From Cetorhinus maximus (taxonomy: Eukaryota), in NCBI RefSeq assembly GCF_964194155.1, contig NC_135882.1, forward strand, positions 71,796,001 to 71,860,000: 64,000 nt of DNA. Direction: 5' to 3'. The notes under the pieces were generated by a model that was given only the letters and a program-made list of their open reading frames with translations, did no database searches and had not been told where the DNA came from. Numbering within the stretch: position 1 is the first letter of the stretch; each line of letters starts with the position of its first letter. Below are positions 51,835 to 64,000 of the stretch, in pieces. The position numbers were made by a program, and so were the translations under genes.

Positions 51835-52267
51835 AATTTGCATATATACAGCACCTTTCATGGGCTCAGGATATTCCAAACCACTTTACATAGCCAATTA
51901 AATGTTTTTGAAATGTAGCCGCTGTTTAACATAAGGAAGCACAGCAGCCAATCTGTGCACAAGGTTCCACAAATAACAATAAGGTAATGACCAGATCATT
52001 TATTTTAGTGATGTTGGTTGAGGGATAAGTGTTGGCCAGGCCCCCGAGGAAAACATCTTTGAATAGTGCTGGGAGATATTCGACGTCCACTTAAGAGGTC
52101 AGATGGAGCCTCGGTTTAGCATCTCATTCGAATGACAGCATCTTTGACAATGAGGGAGTGCTGCACTACTACACGGAAGCACCAGGCCAAATTGTGTGCA
52201 CAAGTCTCTAGAGAGGCACTTGGACCCATTTTCTTCTGACTCAGCAGCAAGAATGCCACCACTGAGA
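51835..52267 (-). mobile_element. tRNA-derived DeuSINE (SacSINE1/AmnSINE1-like)
   Basis: Minus strand: CTCAGTGG box A, GGGTCCAAGTGCC box-B-like, Deu-domain-like CTGGCCAACACTTATCCCTCAACCAACATCAC, L2-like tail. Confidence 0.72.
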
Positions 52268-52664
52268 TAGCTAAACTTAATTTTTCTTCCACTTGAATTC
52301 ATGTGAAAACTTAAGTTGCCCTTTCTATTTTCTCTATGATGTTAGTTCATTTCTTTTCTATCGACTAGATGTTGGACAATATTCCTCAGCTAACAGGACA
52401 TAGATGGGTTCCTATTCCCAGGCCTTTGTCAATGTAACTTTGTAACCAACTGTTTAGCGTATGCAAGAGTCGCCTGATTTGAATTCCTCATTGATTTTCT
52501 ATGACTCCACACACCAGGAACCCTGTCACAAGTGTGAGAAGCAAGCCAATCATTCCAACTGCTACACAAATACACATGCACACTGTTAAACACAGACACG
52601 TACTTGTGCACAAAATCATAGGAATAATGGCTTAAGCTATTCTCCCAAATCCCAGTGACCTATA

Positions 52665-52756
52665 ACAAAAGCAGAAAATGCTGGAAATACTCAGTGGGTC
52701 AGGCAGCATCTTTGGAGAGAGAAACAGTTAATTTTTCAGGTTGTTGAGCTTTCATC
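52665..52756 (-). mobile_element. Old Penelope-like pLTR fragment with a decayed hammerhead
   Basis: AAAATGCTGGAAATACTCAG..GGCAGCATC..GGAGAGAGAAACAGTTAA..TTTC..TTCATC. Confidence 0.65.
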
Positions 52757-53186
52757 TTCGCTTTGACTGCAACAGCAGCCAGTTGCCTCAAAGAATTATA
52801 GGTTCCACGATGTGGACTGGCAGAGAGGGAGTTCCTTCCAAGTTTTTATAGCTAATTAACAATACAGAGTTATGGCAGGCTTGGACAACTTAGATCCCAG
52901 TAAGCTTTTGTGCCATGTGCAGAATTTAAGTATGAGGGGTCATATGTATGATTAACAAACAACAAGAGAAAGTAGAAAAGCAGACAGAGCTTTTTTTCCC
53001 CTAAAAAGCTGGTTAATATCTAGAACAGCTTCCCAGCACCGGTGGTGGAAAAGCAACTGACGGATTTCAAGAAAAAAACTAGACAGGCTCTTATGGGATT
53101 CAAGGTTATTAGAAATGCACCATGGGAGTACTTTGGATAGGTGGGCCCAATGGATCATTGGTCTCCTGCCTGAAAATATCACAATG

Positions 53187-53928
53187 GCTGGAATTTTACA
53201 CTCCCACAAGGGCAGCTTAGCAAGCTGAGGGAGTGGGGGTGGGGGGGGTGTAAAATTGGCTGCCATGGCACTGGTGCCATGCCCAGTTGAGGCCCTTAAG
53301 CGGCCAATTAATTGCCACTTAAAGGCCTCTTCCTATTGCTGCTGGGATTTTACCTGTGGCGGGGCAGGCCGGTGCCAAGTGCCCAGGCCACCCAATAAAA
53401 CCTGGTGACCCTTGTGGCTGGATTGGGAGTGGGGAGGATGGTGGCTTTCTGTTCCGGCACCCTGTAGCCCATTGGAGGACCTCTCCCAAGTTATGTCACC
53501 TCAGCCCAACATTTCCCCTACCCACCCCAGCCATGTCAATCCTGGACTCTTCCACAGCCATGTCAATTCCAGCCTCCTACCCCATTGCCAGGAATGTCTG
53601 GGGTCTCAGCACCTGCCTGACTCTAATAAGACTTGCCTGGATGCCTGAGCTCTGTGCTGCTTGTCTTTGAGGACTGGCTGCAGTCCCACCAGAGACCACC
53701 GATCCTGGTGGGGCTGCCAGGACAACAGAGTTACCGTCCATTTGATTGGCTGGCAGCTTTTAAAGGTGGGTCTTCCTCTCCAATGGGACTGGAATACCCG
53801 CCTCAAGCCAATTAAAGGCTTGACGGCTGTTAAATGGCTGTGGGTTGAGCTGGCCAAGTGCAACTTGGTTTACCCCTCACTTTTATGCCAGGGGAAGGGA
53901 CCCCTCCTGCTGTGTGAAATTCAGCCCT
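53187..53928. mobile_element. MITE-like non-autonomous DNA element (PIF/Harbinger-like)
   Basis: TIR GGCTGGAATTTTAC / GTGAAATTCAGCCC; internal palindrome GAGGCCCTTAAGCGGCCAATT|AATTGCCACTTAAAGGCCTC (53289-53329). Confidence 0.68.
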
Positions 53929-54029
53929 ATGTTACAAATAAATAGGATGCGAAATTTAATTCGATTACTCAGAAGTAGTCAACAAAAACTTATGAAGCAA
54001 CTTGGGGAGTTTTATTATGAGTATTGTCA

Positions 54030-54790
54030 AACAAATTTGACACCAAGCCACCTGAGATATTTGGACAGATGGCCAAAAGTTTAGTCAAAGAGTAGGCTTT
54101 AAGGAATGCCTTAACGGAGAGACAGAGACGCTTAGGGAAGGAAGCCCAGAGCATAAGACCTAGGTAGCTGAAGGCATGGCCACCAATTTTGGAGTGATGA
54201 AAACCAGGGATGCCTAAAAGGCCAGATTCGGAGTGGCTCCGAGATCTCAGAGGGTCACAGGGCTGATGGAGATTACGGAGATAGGAGGGCTAAGGCAGTG
54301 GAAGGATTTCAAACCAAGTGAGAATTTTAATCCGTGTTGTTGGACCTGATGTAGATCAGGAATGTAGATCAGCAAACGCTGCAGGATGGGTGAATGTTTC
54401 TTGGCTTAATTATGGATATGGTAGCAGAATGTTGGATGAGCTCAAGTTATGGTGGGTGTAAGGTGGGAGGCCAGCCAGGAGAATTATGGAATAATCAATC
54501 TAGAGGCAACAAACTGAGGCAAGTGTAGAGATGGGCAATTGCTTGAAGGTGGGAGGAGCCTGTCTTGGTGATGGAGAAAATAGGACACTATGGTTACAGT
54601 CTGGTTCAGTCTCAGACATTGGCCAGGGAGGGAGATGAAGTTGGTGGCTAGGAAGTTGAGTTGGCGATGGGGCTAAAGGCAATGGCTTCAGATTAATTGG
54701 AATAAATGCCTGCTTTTCCAGTACTGGATGTTGGACAAGCGGTGTGACAAATCGGAGTTTGAGGAGGGGTTGACAAAGATGTTTGAGGTA
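54030..54790 (-). mobile_element. L2-type LINE 3' region, degenerate
   Basis: Colinear with 38390-38780 (CCAAAAG.TT.GTCAAAGAG..GG.TTTAAGGA). Confidence 0.65.
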
Positions 54791-56999
54791 GAGCCTTTCA
54801 TTATTTGGAGATGTTATCAGCTTTCACTGTATTTTGTAGCACATCTGAATGTTATAGATTAGAATTAGGGAGCTCAATGGAGCTACAGAACATTCTACAA
54901 TGTAAAATATATAACAAAATTAATCTTATCTAATTTTGCAGAAATTAAAGGACTAATTTGATAAATTATGGAGTTTTGATATGAAGTGATATTTCATATC
55001 TGGAAATTCAGGATGTATCTTTTATTAAGTAACAAACTGACCAATTCAGTGAATAAAATGATTAACTACAACTGGTCCAACTAACTGGCACAAATCATTG
55101 GATCAGTCACACAAAGATCAGTAACAATGTTATGGATCATTTTACAGTCCAGTGAATACAAGAATAAGAGGGTCCAAAGAAACTGAACTACTTATACAAC
55201 CTTGGCAACTCATCAGTTTCCCTGGATGCAGTTTTGATCAGATGATACTTTAACTTTGATAGGTTTCCGAAATTTTGCTTTGATGAAAATCTCTCCACAG
55301 CAAAACGCAATGCACTGAGAAATGAAAGAAAGAAAGAAAGAGAATTATTAAATGGCAGCTATTTCAGACAATGTTTAGCTATCAAACATTGAACAATAAG
55401 ATTCACTGAGTTTCATCTCTATTTCATTCTGTTCTAGTTAATGTACATTGAGTGTTTCTGATCTAAATAACTTTCTTGTTGCAAAGCTGGGGCTGAATTT
55501 GATGGCTTTGTGATCCTCAAGAACTGGTAAAAGGGGACTGTCTCTTTTTATGTTCTAATTTGGTACTATTAACTATATTGACCTAATGCTCTCAAAATTC
55601 ACCAAATATTTTGACTAAGATAGGGTGAAAGATATTGAAGTGCCTTGTATACTTACTTAAGTACCATATTTGAATGTTCCAAAGTGAAAAAGCCAGTTTT
55701 TCTTTCTGAAAAGCCAGAGGTGAATTGTTCAAAATTATATTTTCTGGAGTTTTCCAGTTCCCTTCAACTCTAATGTGTTAGTTAATTTTATAAATTCAGT
55801 TGAGACATTCAAGAGGGAATTACATAATTATTTGAAAAGAAACAACGTGCAGGGTTATGGCACTAGGTGAAATGCTCATTGAGAACCATTGCAGACATGA
55901 TGGGCAGAATGGCCTCCCTCTGCGCTGTAACAATTCTGTGATCTTTGAGTGTAATTAATAGCTTTGCAAAATCCTATGAGGATTAGTCTATATATGCTCG
56001 TGGCTTTAAGTAAACTTTTACATTGATTCCCAAATTTTTAAAATGCCACAGGCCTTTACATAGTATCTGTGAAAGGCGCAGTATTAGCTTCACCTTTGGT
56101 ATGCGCTAAAATTTTGTAAGACGCAGATATGCCTGAGCCACCTGAGTGGCTCATTACACAGATGAAGCTAAAATGATAGCTTAGCTGCACAAAGTCTGCA
56201 CAGTTGAGGTTGCCTGGATTGTAGAACTCCAATCGAGTTTTTCTACTGGCTTTTAGTTCCTCACACCACCACACAATTGCATAATATCTTGTTACGTCCT
56301 TTGTCCACTCATAGCAACAGTCTGATTTCTGTCTGTGAGACAGACACCTTTTTGTGGCACAGTCTAAGAATGTGACCAAGTGTTGAATTTCTAGGTAGCA
56401 GAAATTGATAACATAGATTATTCCATATACTTGGCAGATAAATGGCAAAATCACCAGCCCACATTACAATTTTCACTTTTTTATATATCATTCCTTATCT
56501 ATGAACATGTCTCTCACTTATTAGTATCGGCATTCAATAAGCAAACCTGGTAATGACATTACAACAAAAGCAGGATTGTGACACCTAATTGAATTGTTTG
56601 CCACAAATCCATGTTGTCCACGTAGTAAAATATGGAGTTATAATAGATTTGGTAGATACTGAAAATGCTTGATTCTATTTTTGAGATTCGGTATTGACTT
56701 TACAAACAAAAGATATTAAGGATGAGAAAATTATTTATCAATGTAGTTGTGCATAAACATTTTATCAAACAAAACACTAAAAGTTGGCATATAACTCCTG
56801 GTTTCAAATTCCAGTCTGATGTATTCACTAAAAGCTGAAAAACTGCACATAGTTGCTGAATATACTTTTTTTTTGAAGGGGCAATAACAACTGAATTATC
56901 ATAAAACATGGCCCAAATGTTGATTTAAATATGTGTGTTGGATATTTAAAGTTTAAGTTAAGTGCACATTGTAATTCATTTTTAATCCATGTTCTGAAG

Positions 57000-57759
57000 G
57001 AACCTACCAAGGACAGTGGGCTGGAGGAATGCGTCATGGATATGGTGTACGCCAGAGTGTGCCATTTGGTATGGCCACAGTTATCCGCTCACCTCTCCGC
57101 ACTTCCCTAGCATCCCTTCGAAGTGAACAGAGCAATGGCACAATTCTACACGATATATCTGCAGATAGTCCAGCTGGCACAAGAGGTGGTTTTGTCCTTA
57201 CATTTCACAGTGATACAGAATTAATGACTGGTAAGAAAAAGGGCTTTTTCAGAAGAGGATCACTCCTGGGAAATCTAAAGCTCAAAAGGTCCGAATCCAA
57301 GTCATCTTTGGCTAGCAAACGTAGCTCTGCTCGGAGTGAAGCATCAATGAGTAGAATAAGTTCAGCAAATAGTGATGCCAATTCGACAATCAGTTTTGGA
57401 GAAGGTGATTCTGAATATTTACCAGTGGAAGACCATGTCGATGCTACCACAACTGAATCATATATGGGAGAATGGAAAAATGATAAACGCAGTGGGTTTG
57501 GTGTAAGTGAGCGCTCAAATGGTATGAAGTACGAGGGTGAGTGGTTGAATAATCAGAGGAATGGTTATGGATGTACGACTTTTCCAGATGGCACAAAAGA
57601 AGAAGGAAAATATAAAAATAACATTTTAGTCCGAGGAAAGAAAAAGCACCTTATACCCATCAGAACCAGCAAAATTCAAGAAAAAGTGGGGAGAGCAACA
57701 GAAGGAGCACATCGAGCAGCAGCAATTGCCAGAACAAAAGTGGATATAGCAGCTTCGAG
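57000..57759 (+). CDS. JPH1: Junctophilin-1, coding exon 2 (MORN VI, joining region, MORN VII-VIII, start of helical region)
   Basis: Acceptor TTCTGAAG|GAACCTAC restores G-T-Y-Q-G-Q-W in phase with exon 1; [38 protein letters not shown]; 760 nt; donor CGAG|GTGAGT. Confidence 0.96.
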
Positions 57760-58714
57760 GTGAGTTATTATATTGTGTAGGTGACCTATGCCCTGACAAA
57801 CTTAAAGTTACTCTAAGCATGATTAATTTGAAACCAAATGAAATGTATGTGATTTAACGTTTGAAAGTTTTTGGAATTAAAGGTAGTAATCTACCTCAAA
57901 CCTACAATTATTCTAACAGTCTCACTATATAACAACTTAATGAGCCAATACAGATTTAGAAAACATTCCGAGTTTCTTTTTTTTTGCTGAATTTCCCCCA
58001 TCTCCTAAAAGTGATGACTCAATAATTATATCCCAATTTGCCCCCGACCTAGCCTGAGGCTAAAAATGACGCATTTTTGACTGTTATACTGGTCTCTAAA
58101 CTTGCCTCACTCTATTACTGAAATCTCTCAAGAACTGATCTTCCTTTGCAGCTTTCAAAATATGCATTGCTAAACTCTTATACATTGGCTGTTCAGGCTA
58201 TTTTGCACTATGGGCCTCACAGTAGGGATGAATATCTTCACTTCTTGTCCGTAGAACAATGCTTCTCTTGTCAAACAATTTTTTTTCTATGGCCATGCAT
58301 TTGCGGTAACAAGTATACTTTATGTTTGTCATTTTCCAGATACATAAAGTAAAATTGGAGAAATGTGTAGAATATTAGTCATAACATATATTTGTGCAAG
58401 TTGAAAATTGCAACATTGTTTCACAACCAGTTGAGGAATTCAACTATAGTTTTGAAAGTTTTTAATATTAAACAATTTTAAAGAAGAGGAATTGTGCTTG
58501 GCCACCTTCAAATCGTAACAAGTAATCTCTGAAACATATTGTTAAATTTATGTTGCTTTCTTGTTCTCAATTAAATGATTGCAGTTGTAATAGCTCCGCT
58601 TCTTGCATCGCCTGTTCAACCAATGATATTACTTGTTGAAACTGCCAATATGAAAATGGGGAAATGCATTATTTTGGCGAGATATAAATTCACGATTTTG
58701 ATGTAATCATTGAA

Positions 58715-59100
58715 GATAAGAGGTGATCTAGTTGAGTTCTTTAAGGTGATTAAACAATTTGATACTATTTTCTATGGTAGGAGAGTTAAGAACAAGGGCA
58801 CATAACCTTAAAATTAGAGGTAGGTCATTTGGGATGATTTCAGGAAACATTTCCTCACACAAAGGGTATTGGAAATCTGGAACTCTTAAACCCCTGCCAC
58901 CCTCCAAACAACTGTTCAGGCTAGGTCAATTGAAAATTTCAAAACTAAGGTTGATAGATTTTTGTTTTTATTTTGATAGATTTTTATTTGATAAGAATAT
59001 TAGGAAACCAAGCAGGATAGATGGAGTTAAGATAGAGATCAGCTATGATCTAATTGAATAGTGGAAGAGGCTCAAGGGGCCTAAATGGCCTATTCTAATA
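58715..59100 (+). mobile_element. Old CR1 3' fragment
   Basis: RGDL.E.FK, RTRAHNLKIRGR, AGGCTCAAGGGGCCTAAATGGCCT tail stem. Confidence 0.75.
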
Positions 59101-61099
59101 TTTTGACTTCTGGATTTTAGTAGAAAAATCAAGTGGTATGCTGTGTCCCTCTTCCCTCCCATTATTAATTCACTGTAAAGGCATATATTTGAGCTACAAG
59201 TATTCTTTTTAGAGAAACGACATCACTCGATAGGCCAAGAGGCCTCATTTTGTGTTATAACCATTCTATGATTCTACTTTTGTTAAGTCTGTGACGCTAA
59301 TTAATCTAAAGGATTAATTTACTTTTCACCATGAGCGCATTTGTAAATGTCAATGTAAATACAGATGATGTTGTAATCTCATCTAGGCTATTCCAGCAAT
59401 AGTAAAGTTAATGTCTGTTTCTCCCAGTGCTGCTCTTACTGCAACCATTGCCACTATGCATGCACCACTCAAACTGCCTTTTCTTTCCTACAGCAGTATG
59501 TGCTGCTGAAGATTTGGGACTCGAACCATTTATAGGCTCCATAAATTATATAATAACAAAAGAAATGCTGTTTGTCAGTTAAGCTTGTAAACATTTAATC
59601 CAGTGGCACAATATGTAACTGTCTGTAATGTGTATGTGATGTTTAGCCAAAAATATAATAGAATTGTGATTATGAGATCATTAGTTTCGGAACACTCAGA
59701 CATCTGAAAATTGGCCCTAGACTTGCTTATTGAGCTTCATTCCTCATGGTTATTATCAGTTATTGTTTGTGGATAATCTATTTGATATTTTGACTGCTTA
59801 TGTAGTATAATTAGGTCAGTAGTTTGGTCAAGCTAGTCATCTTTTGAGCTTCACTAAAAACCCACTTATATAATTTTGTGTAAAATTCAAAGAGACAAGT
59901 GGTAATTAAGAATATTATGTGGTCAAAATTCTACCCACATCCAGAAAGCAGCTTGTTTAGTTTTTAGAACACTTGAAAAGCAATATTTTTATCTGCTTTT
60001 ATTAATGTCATCTGTTTGAGTATTATCACTGTGGTATTGTCATCTTGTGCAGAATATGCTGCATGACATTTGCTGCTATACAAATTGCGTGTTCTTTTTT
60101 AAACTTCAGATACGTAATAATAATTGTGTTCCACAGTGATGCAGCTTTGTATGACAGTTCCCTGATATTCTATGGCATGAATCTCAGCTAAGCACTTACT
60201 TTGCCTAAAAATTTATCCTGTCATTTGCACTGCACTAGTTACAGTGGAGAGTTTCAGAACTCATGTAATTTGACTTTTTGTATATCTAAAAAGGGGTTAA
60301 ACCATATTTTGTTCATATGGATTACTGCAGTTCAGAAAGTTCCTTCTTGAACAGTTTACCCTAGCATAAAAGTTTCTAAATCAAACAACTGCAATGCAAA
60401 GCTTAGATTTATTTAACGGATTTAATTATAAGATTAAAATTTCATTCACTGTAAAATCCTAATCCTGCTTGCTCTCAAGAGGAAATGTTTGAATTCAGCA
60501 ACGTATTTATCTGAATTAGGTTTGAATCAATGCTTAAATTTACATTGTCTTCAACTTCTAGAAATATACTGCAATACATTTTTATTTGAGTTATTTTCTT
60601 CCTTCCTCCCATCTCCAGGTACCTTAAACCAGGTACTCTGCCAATATTACTCTGCAGCCAACTGATGGCAAAGTTGGACTGAAGTACTGCAGCTTTCAAT
60701 TTCTCTCCCTCTTTCAGGAAGTGTATAGTTTTGTCTTGTAATACACAGGTGTTGAACATGCACACATGTTAAAACTCCCCATATCATGTGTGGGGACAGG
60801 ACACCAAAGAAAATCTGCCCTTACACATACTGTTTTGGCACAATCAATCCAACAACAATTTATGTTTACTGCCAAAGGACTTTGAATTTCACTGTGGGTT
60901 AATAGCATGTGAAGACAGAGGCATTTGTCTAAATTCCTCATGCTATTTTAGAACGATCATTCACCTGCTGAATGTAAATGGGCTAACACCTTCACTAAAA
61001 TAGCAGGCAGAAGAATTCCAGACAAATGCATTAACTATTCAAATACTATTATCCCACAGCATAATTCCTTATGCTTAATCTTTTTAAACTGATCTTGCT

Positions 61100-61480
61100 T
61101 ATGGTGTCAGCCATAAGATTATGGGTTCAAATCCAACTCCAGAAACCAGGGCACAAAAATATAGGCTGCCACTCGGTGCAGTACTGAGCAAATGCTGCAC
61201 TGTCAAATTGTTTAATCTTTCAGATAAAACATGTAACCAACTCTGCTCCATTGGGTCGATTATAAAGGATCCCGTGTCACCATTTGAAAGAAGACCATGG
61301 AAGTTATCCCTGGTGATCTGGCTAACATTTATCCCTCAGTCAATATCATGAAACAGATTATGTGATCATTACCACATTTCTGTTTATGGGAGCTTGCTGT
61401 GTGCAAATTGGATGCTGAGTTTCCTATATTGCAACAGTAATACACTTTAAAAGTACCTCTGACTGTAAAACACTTTGGTT
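61100..61480 (+). mobile_element. tRNA-derived DeuSINE (SacSINE1/AmnSINE1-like)
   Basis: GGGTTCAAATCC box B; CTGGCTAACATTTATCCCTCAGTCAATATCA; TTTATGGGAGCTTGCTGTGTGCAAATTGG. Confidence 0.72.
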
Positions 61481-61544
61481 ATCAAACTTTGTTATCATCA
61501 GTCTTCCAGCTACAATCCTGATGTCATGAAAAACGCCATATTTA

Positions 61545-63800
61545 GAGTCATAGAATTACACAGCACAGAAACAGGCCCTTCAGCCCATCGTGTCCATGCT
61601 GGCCATCAAGCACCTATCTATTCTCATCCAATTTTCCAGCACTTAGCTCATAGCCCTGTATGCTATGGCGTTTCAAGTGCTCATCTAAATACTTCTTAAA
61701 TGTTATGAGGGTTCCTGCCTCTATCATGCCCTCAGGCAGTGTTCCAGATTCCAACCACCCTCTGGGTGAAAAGAAAATCCTCAAATCCCCTCTAAACCTC
61801 CTGCCCCTTACCTTAAATCTATGCCCCCTGGTTATTGACACCTCCGCTAAGGGGAAAAGTTTCTTCCTATCTATGCCCCTCATAATTTTGTATACTTCTA
61901 TCAGCAGAGGCTCTAAGGAAACCAACCCTAACCTATCCAGTCTCCCTTCATAGCTGAAATGCTCCAACCCAGGCAACATCCTGGTGAATCTCCTCTGCAC
62001 TACTCTCCAGTGCAATCACATTTTTCTTATAGTGTGGCAACCAGAACTGCACGCACTATTCCAGCTGTGGCCTAACAAGCGTTTTATGCAGCTCCAACAT
62101 AACCTCCCTGCTCTTGCCTTTATTAGCCAAGGCATAGAATATAAATATCCCATATGCTTTCTTAACCACCTTATCTACCTGTGCTGCTGCCTTCAAAGCT
62201 CAATGGACATGTACACCATGTCCCTCTGATCCTCTGTACCTCCTAGGGTCGTACCATTCATTGTGTATTCCCTTGCTGTGTTAGTCCTTCCAAAATGCAT
62301 CACCTCATAGTTCTCAAGGTTCAATTTCATTTGTCACTGCTCTGCCCATCTTAACAGTCATCTATATTGTCCTGTAATCTAAGGCTTTCCTCATTATTTA
62401 TGACACCACCAATTTTCGTGTCACCTGCAAACTTACTAATCATACTCCCTATCCCTGCGGTACACCACTCGTCACAGGCATCCAATCGCAAAAACAACCT
62501 TCGACCATCACTCTCTGCTTCCTGCCACTAAACCAATTTTGGATCCAAATTGCCCTGGATCCCATGGGCTCTTACCTTCTTGACATTCTTCCATGCGGGA
62601 CCTTGTCAAAAACCTTACTGAAGTCCATGTAGACTACATCAACTACACTACCCTCATCTACACAACTAGTCACTTCCTCAAAAAATTCAATCAAATTTGT
62701 TAGACATGATCCTTCCCTGAAAAAAACCATGCTGACTATCCCTGATTAACCCCTGCCTCTCCAAGTGGAGATTAATCCTGTCCCTCAATTTTCTCCAATA
62801 GTTTCCCTACCACTGATTTTAGACTGACTGGCCTGTAATTACCTGGTTTATCCCTACTATCCTTCTTGAATAATGGTACCACATTCGCTGTCCTCCAGTC
62901 CTCTGGCACCTCTCCTCTGGCCAGAGAGGATTTGGAAATTAGTGTCAGAGCCCCTGCAATCTCCTCCCTTGCCTCACACAGCAGCCTGGGACACATCTCG
63001 TCTGGGATACATCTCATCTGGGCCTGGGGATTTATCCACTTTTAAGCCTGCTAAAACTGCTAATACCTCTTCCCTTTCAATGCTAATTTGTTCAAGTATA
63101 TCGCAGTCGTCCTCCCTGATTTCTACACCTACATTGTCTTTCTCCATGGTGAACATAGATGAAAAGTAACCATTTAAAACCTCACCTATGTCGTCCAGCT
63201 CCGTGTACAGATTGCCACTTTGGTCCCTAATTGGCCCTACTCTTTCCCTGGTTATCCTCTTGCCCTTAATATATTTATAAAATGCCTTGGGATTTTCCCC
63301 TATCTTGCCCAGCAGTATTTTTTCATGCCCCTTCTTCGCTCTCCTAATTACTTTTTTTTAAGTATCTCCCTACACTTTCTAAACTTCTCTAGGGCTTCCA
63401 CTGTTTTCAGCCCTCCGTATCTGTCGTAACCCTCCTTTTTTTCTCTTATCCAATCCTTTATATTCCTTGACAGTCTAAGGTTCCCTGGACTTGTTGGTCC
63501 TACCCTTCACCTTTATGGGAACATGTTGGCCCTGAACTCTCACTACTTCCTTTTTGAATAACTCCCACTGGTCTGATGTAGACTTTCCTACAAGTAGCTG
63601 CTCCCAGTCCACTTTGGCCAGTTCCTGTCTGATCATATTGAAATCAGCCTTCCCCCAATTCAGGACCTTTATTTCCGGTCCATCTTTGTCCTTTTCCAAA
63701 ACTACCTTAAATCTTAGAGTTATGGCCACTATCCCCGAAATGCTCCCCCACTGACACTTCAACCACTTGCCCAGCATTATTCCCTAAGATTAGGTCCAGT
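61545..63800 (-). mobile_element. CR1 LINE ORF2 (EN end, RT, 3' UTR), pseudogenised
   Basis: KVLNWGKADF, KSPGPDE, PGNYRPVSL, VQRRFTRMLPGL; tail AGAGTCATAGAATTACACAGCACAG. Confidence 0.92.
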
Positions 63801-64000
63801 CTGAAAATCTATCAATCTACCATTGTCAAATTCTTGAATCATAGATTTTTCCATGAAAAATTTCTTACGTTAAGCTGCATTTTATTATTTATTTTCAAAA
63901 ATATGAAGGTTCAGGTATGAACTATGGATTTTATTGTAAACTCTGACACTGAAGGGGCTAAATGTTTGATTTACCTTGAACCACGACATGCTAGCTGATA

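Noticed and set aside
62986-63022. 16-bp tandem duplication CTGGGA(C/T)ACATCTC(G/A)T in CR1
   Set aside because: Ordinary slippage frameshift in a dead element.

Overview
Eukaryotic, vertebrate genomic DNA, most likely a cartilaginous fish (inferred from the repeat repertoire: dense CR1 LINEs, SacSINE1/DeuSINE-like SINEs, Penelope-like elements). The only host gene I can support is junctophilin-1 (JPH1, + strand): coding exon 1 at 32682-33060 in a CpG-rich promoter, a ~23.9-kb first intron, and coding exon 2 at 57000-57759. The gene continues beyond the window. Most of the rest is layered, largely dead mobile DNA: Gmr1-type (integrase-before-RT) Gypsy LTR retrotransposons, solo LTRs, more than 10 CR1 copies, RTE, L2 and Tx1-like LINE fragments, DeuSINEs and TIR-bounded MITE-like elements. 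Two signals stand out. (i) A family of short Penelope-derived insertions carries a minimal type-I hammerhead ribozyme: one copy has an intact core, one is a perfect 95-bp-arm fold-back centred on the ribozyme core, and one lies ~700 bp upstream of the JPH1 ATG. (ii) A near-full-length U1 snRNA is fused directly to a CR1 3' end inside JPH1 intron 1. All family assignments come from visual motif recognition without database searches. Repeat boundaries are approximate unless a TSD or terminal motif is quoted.
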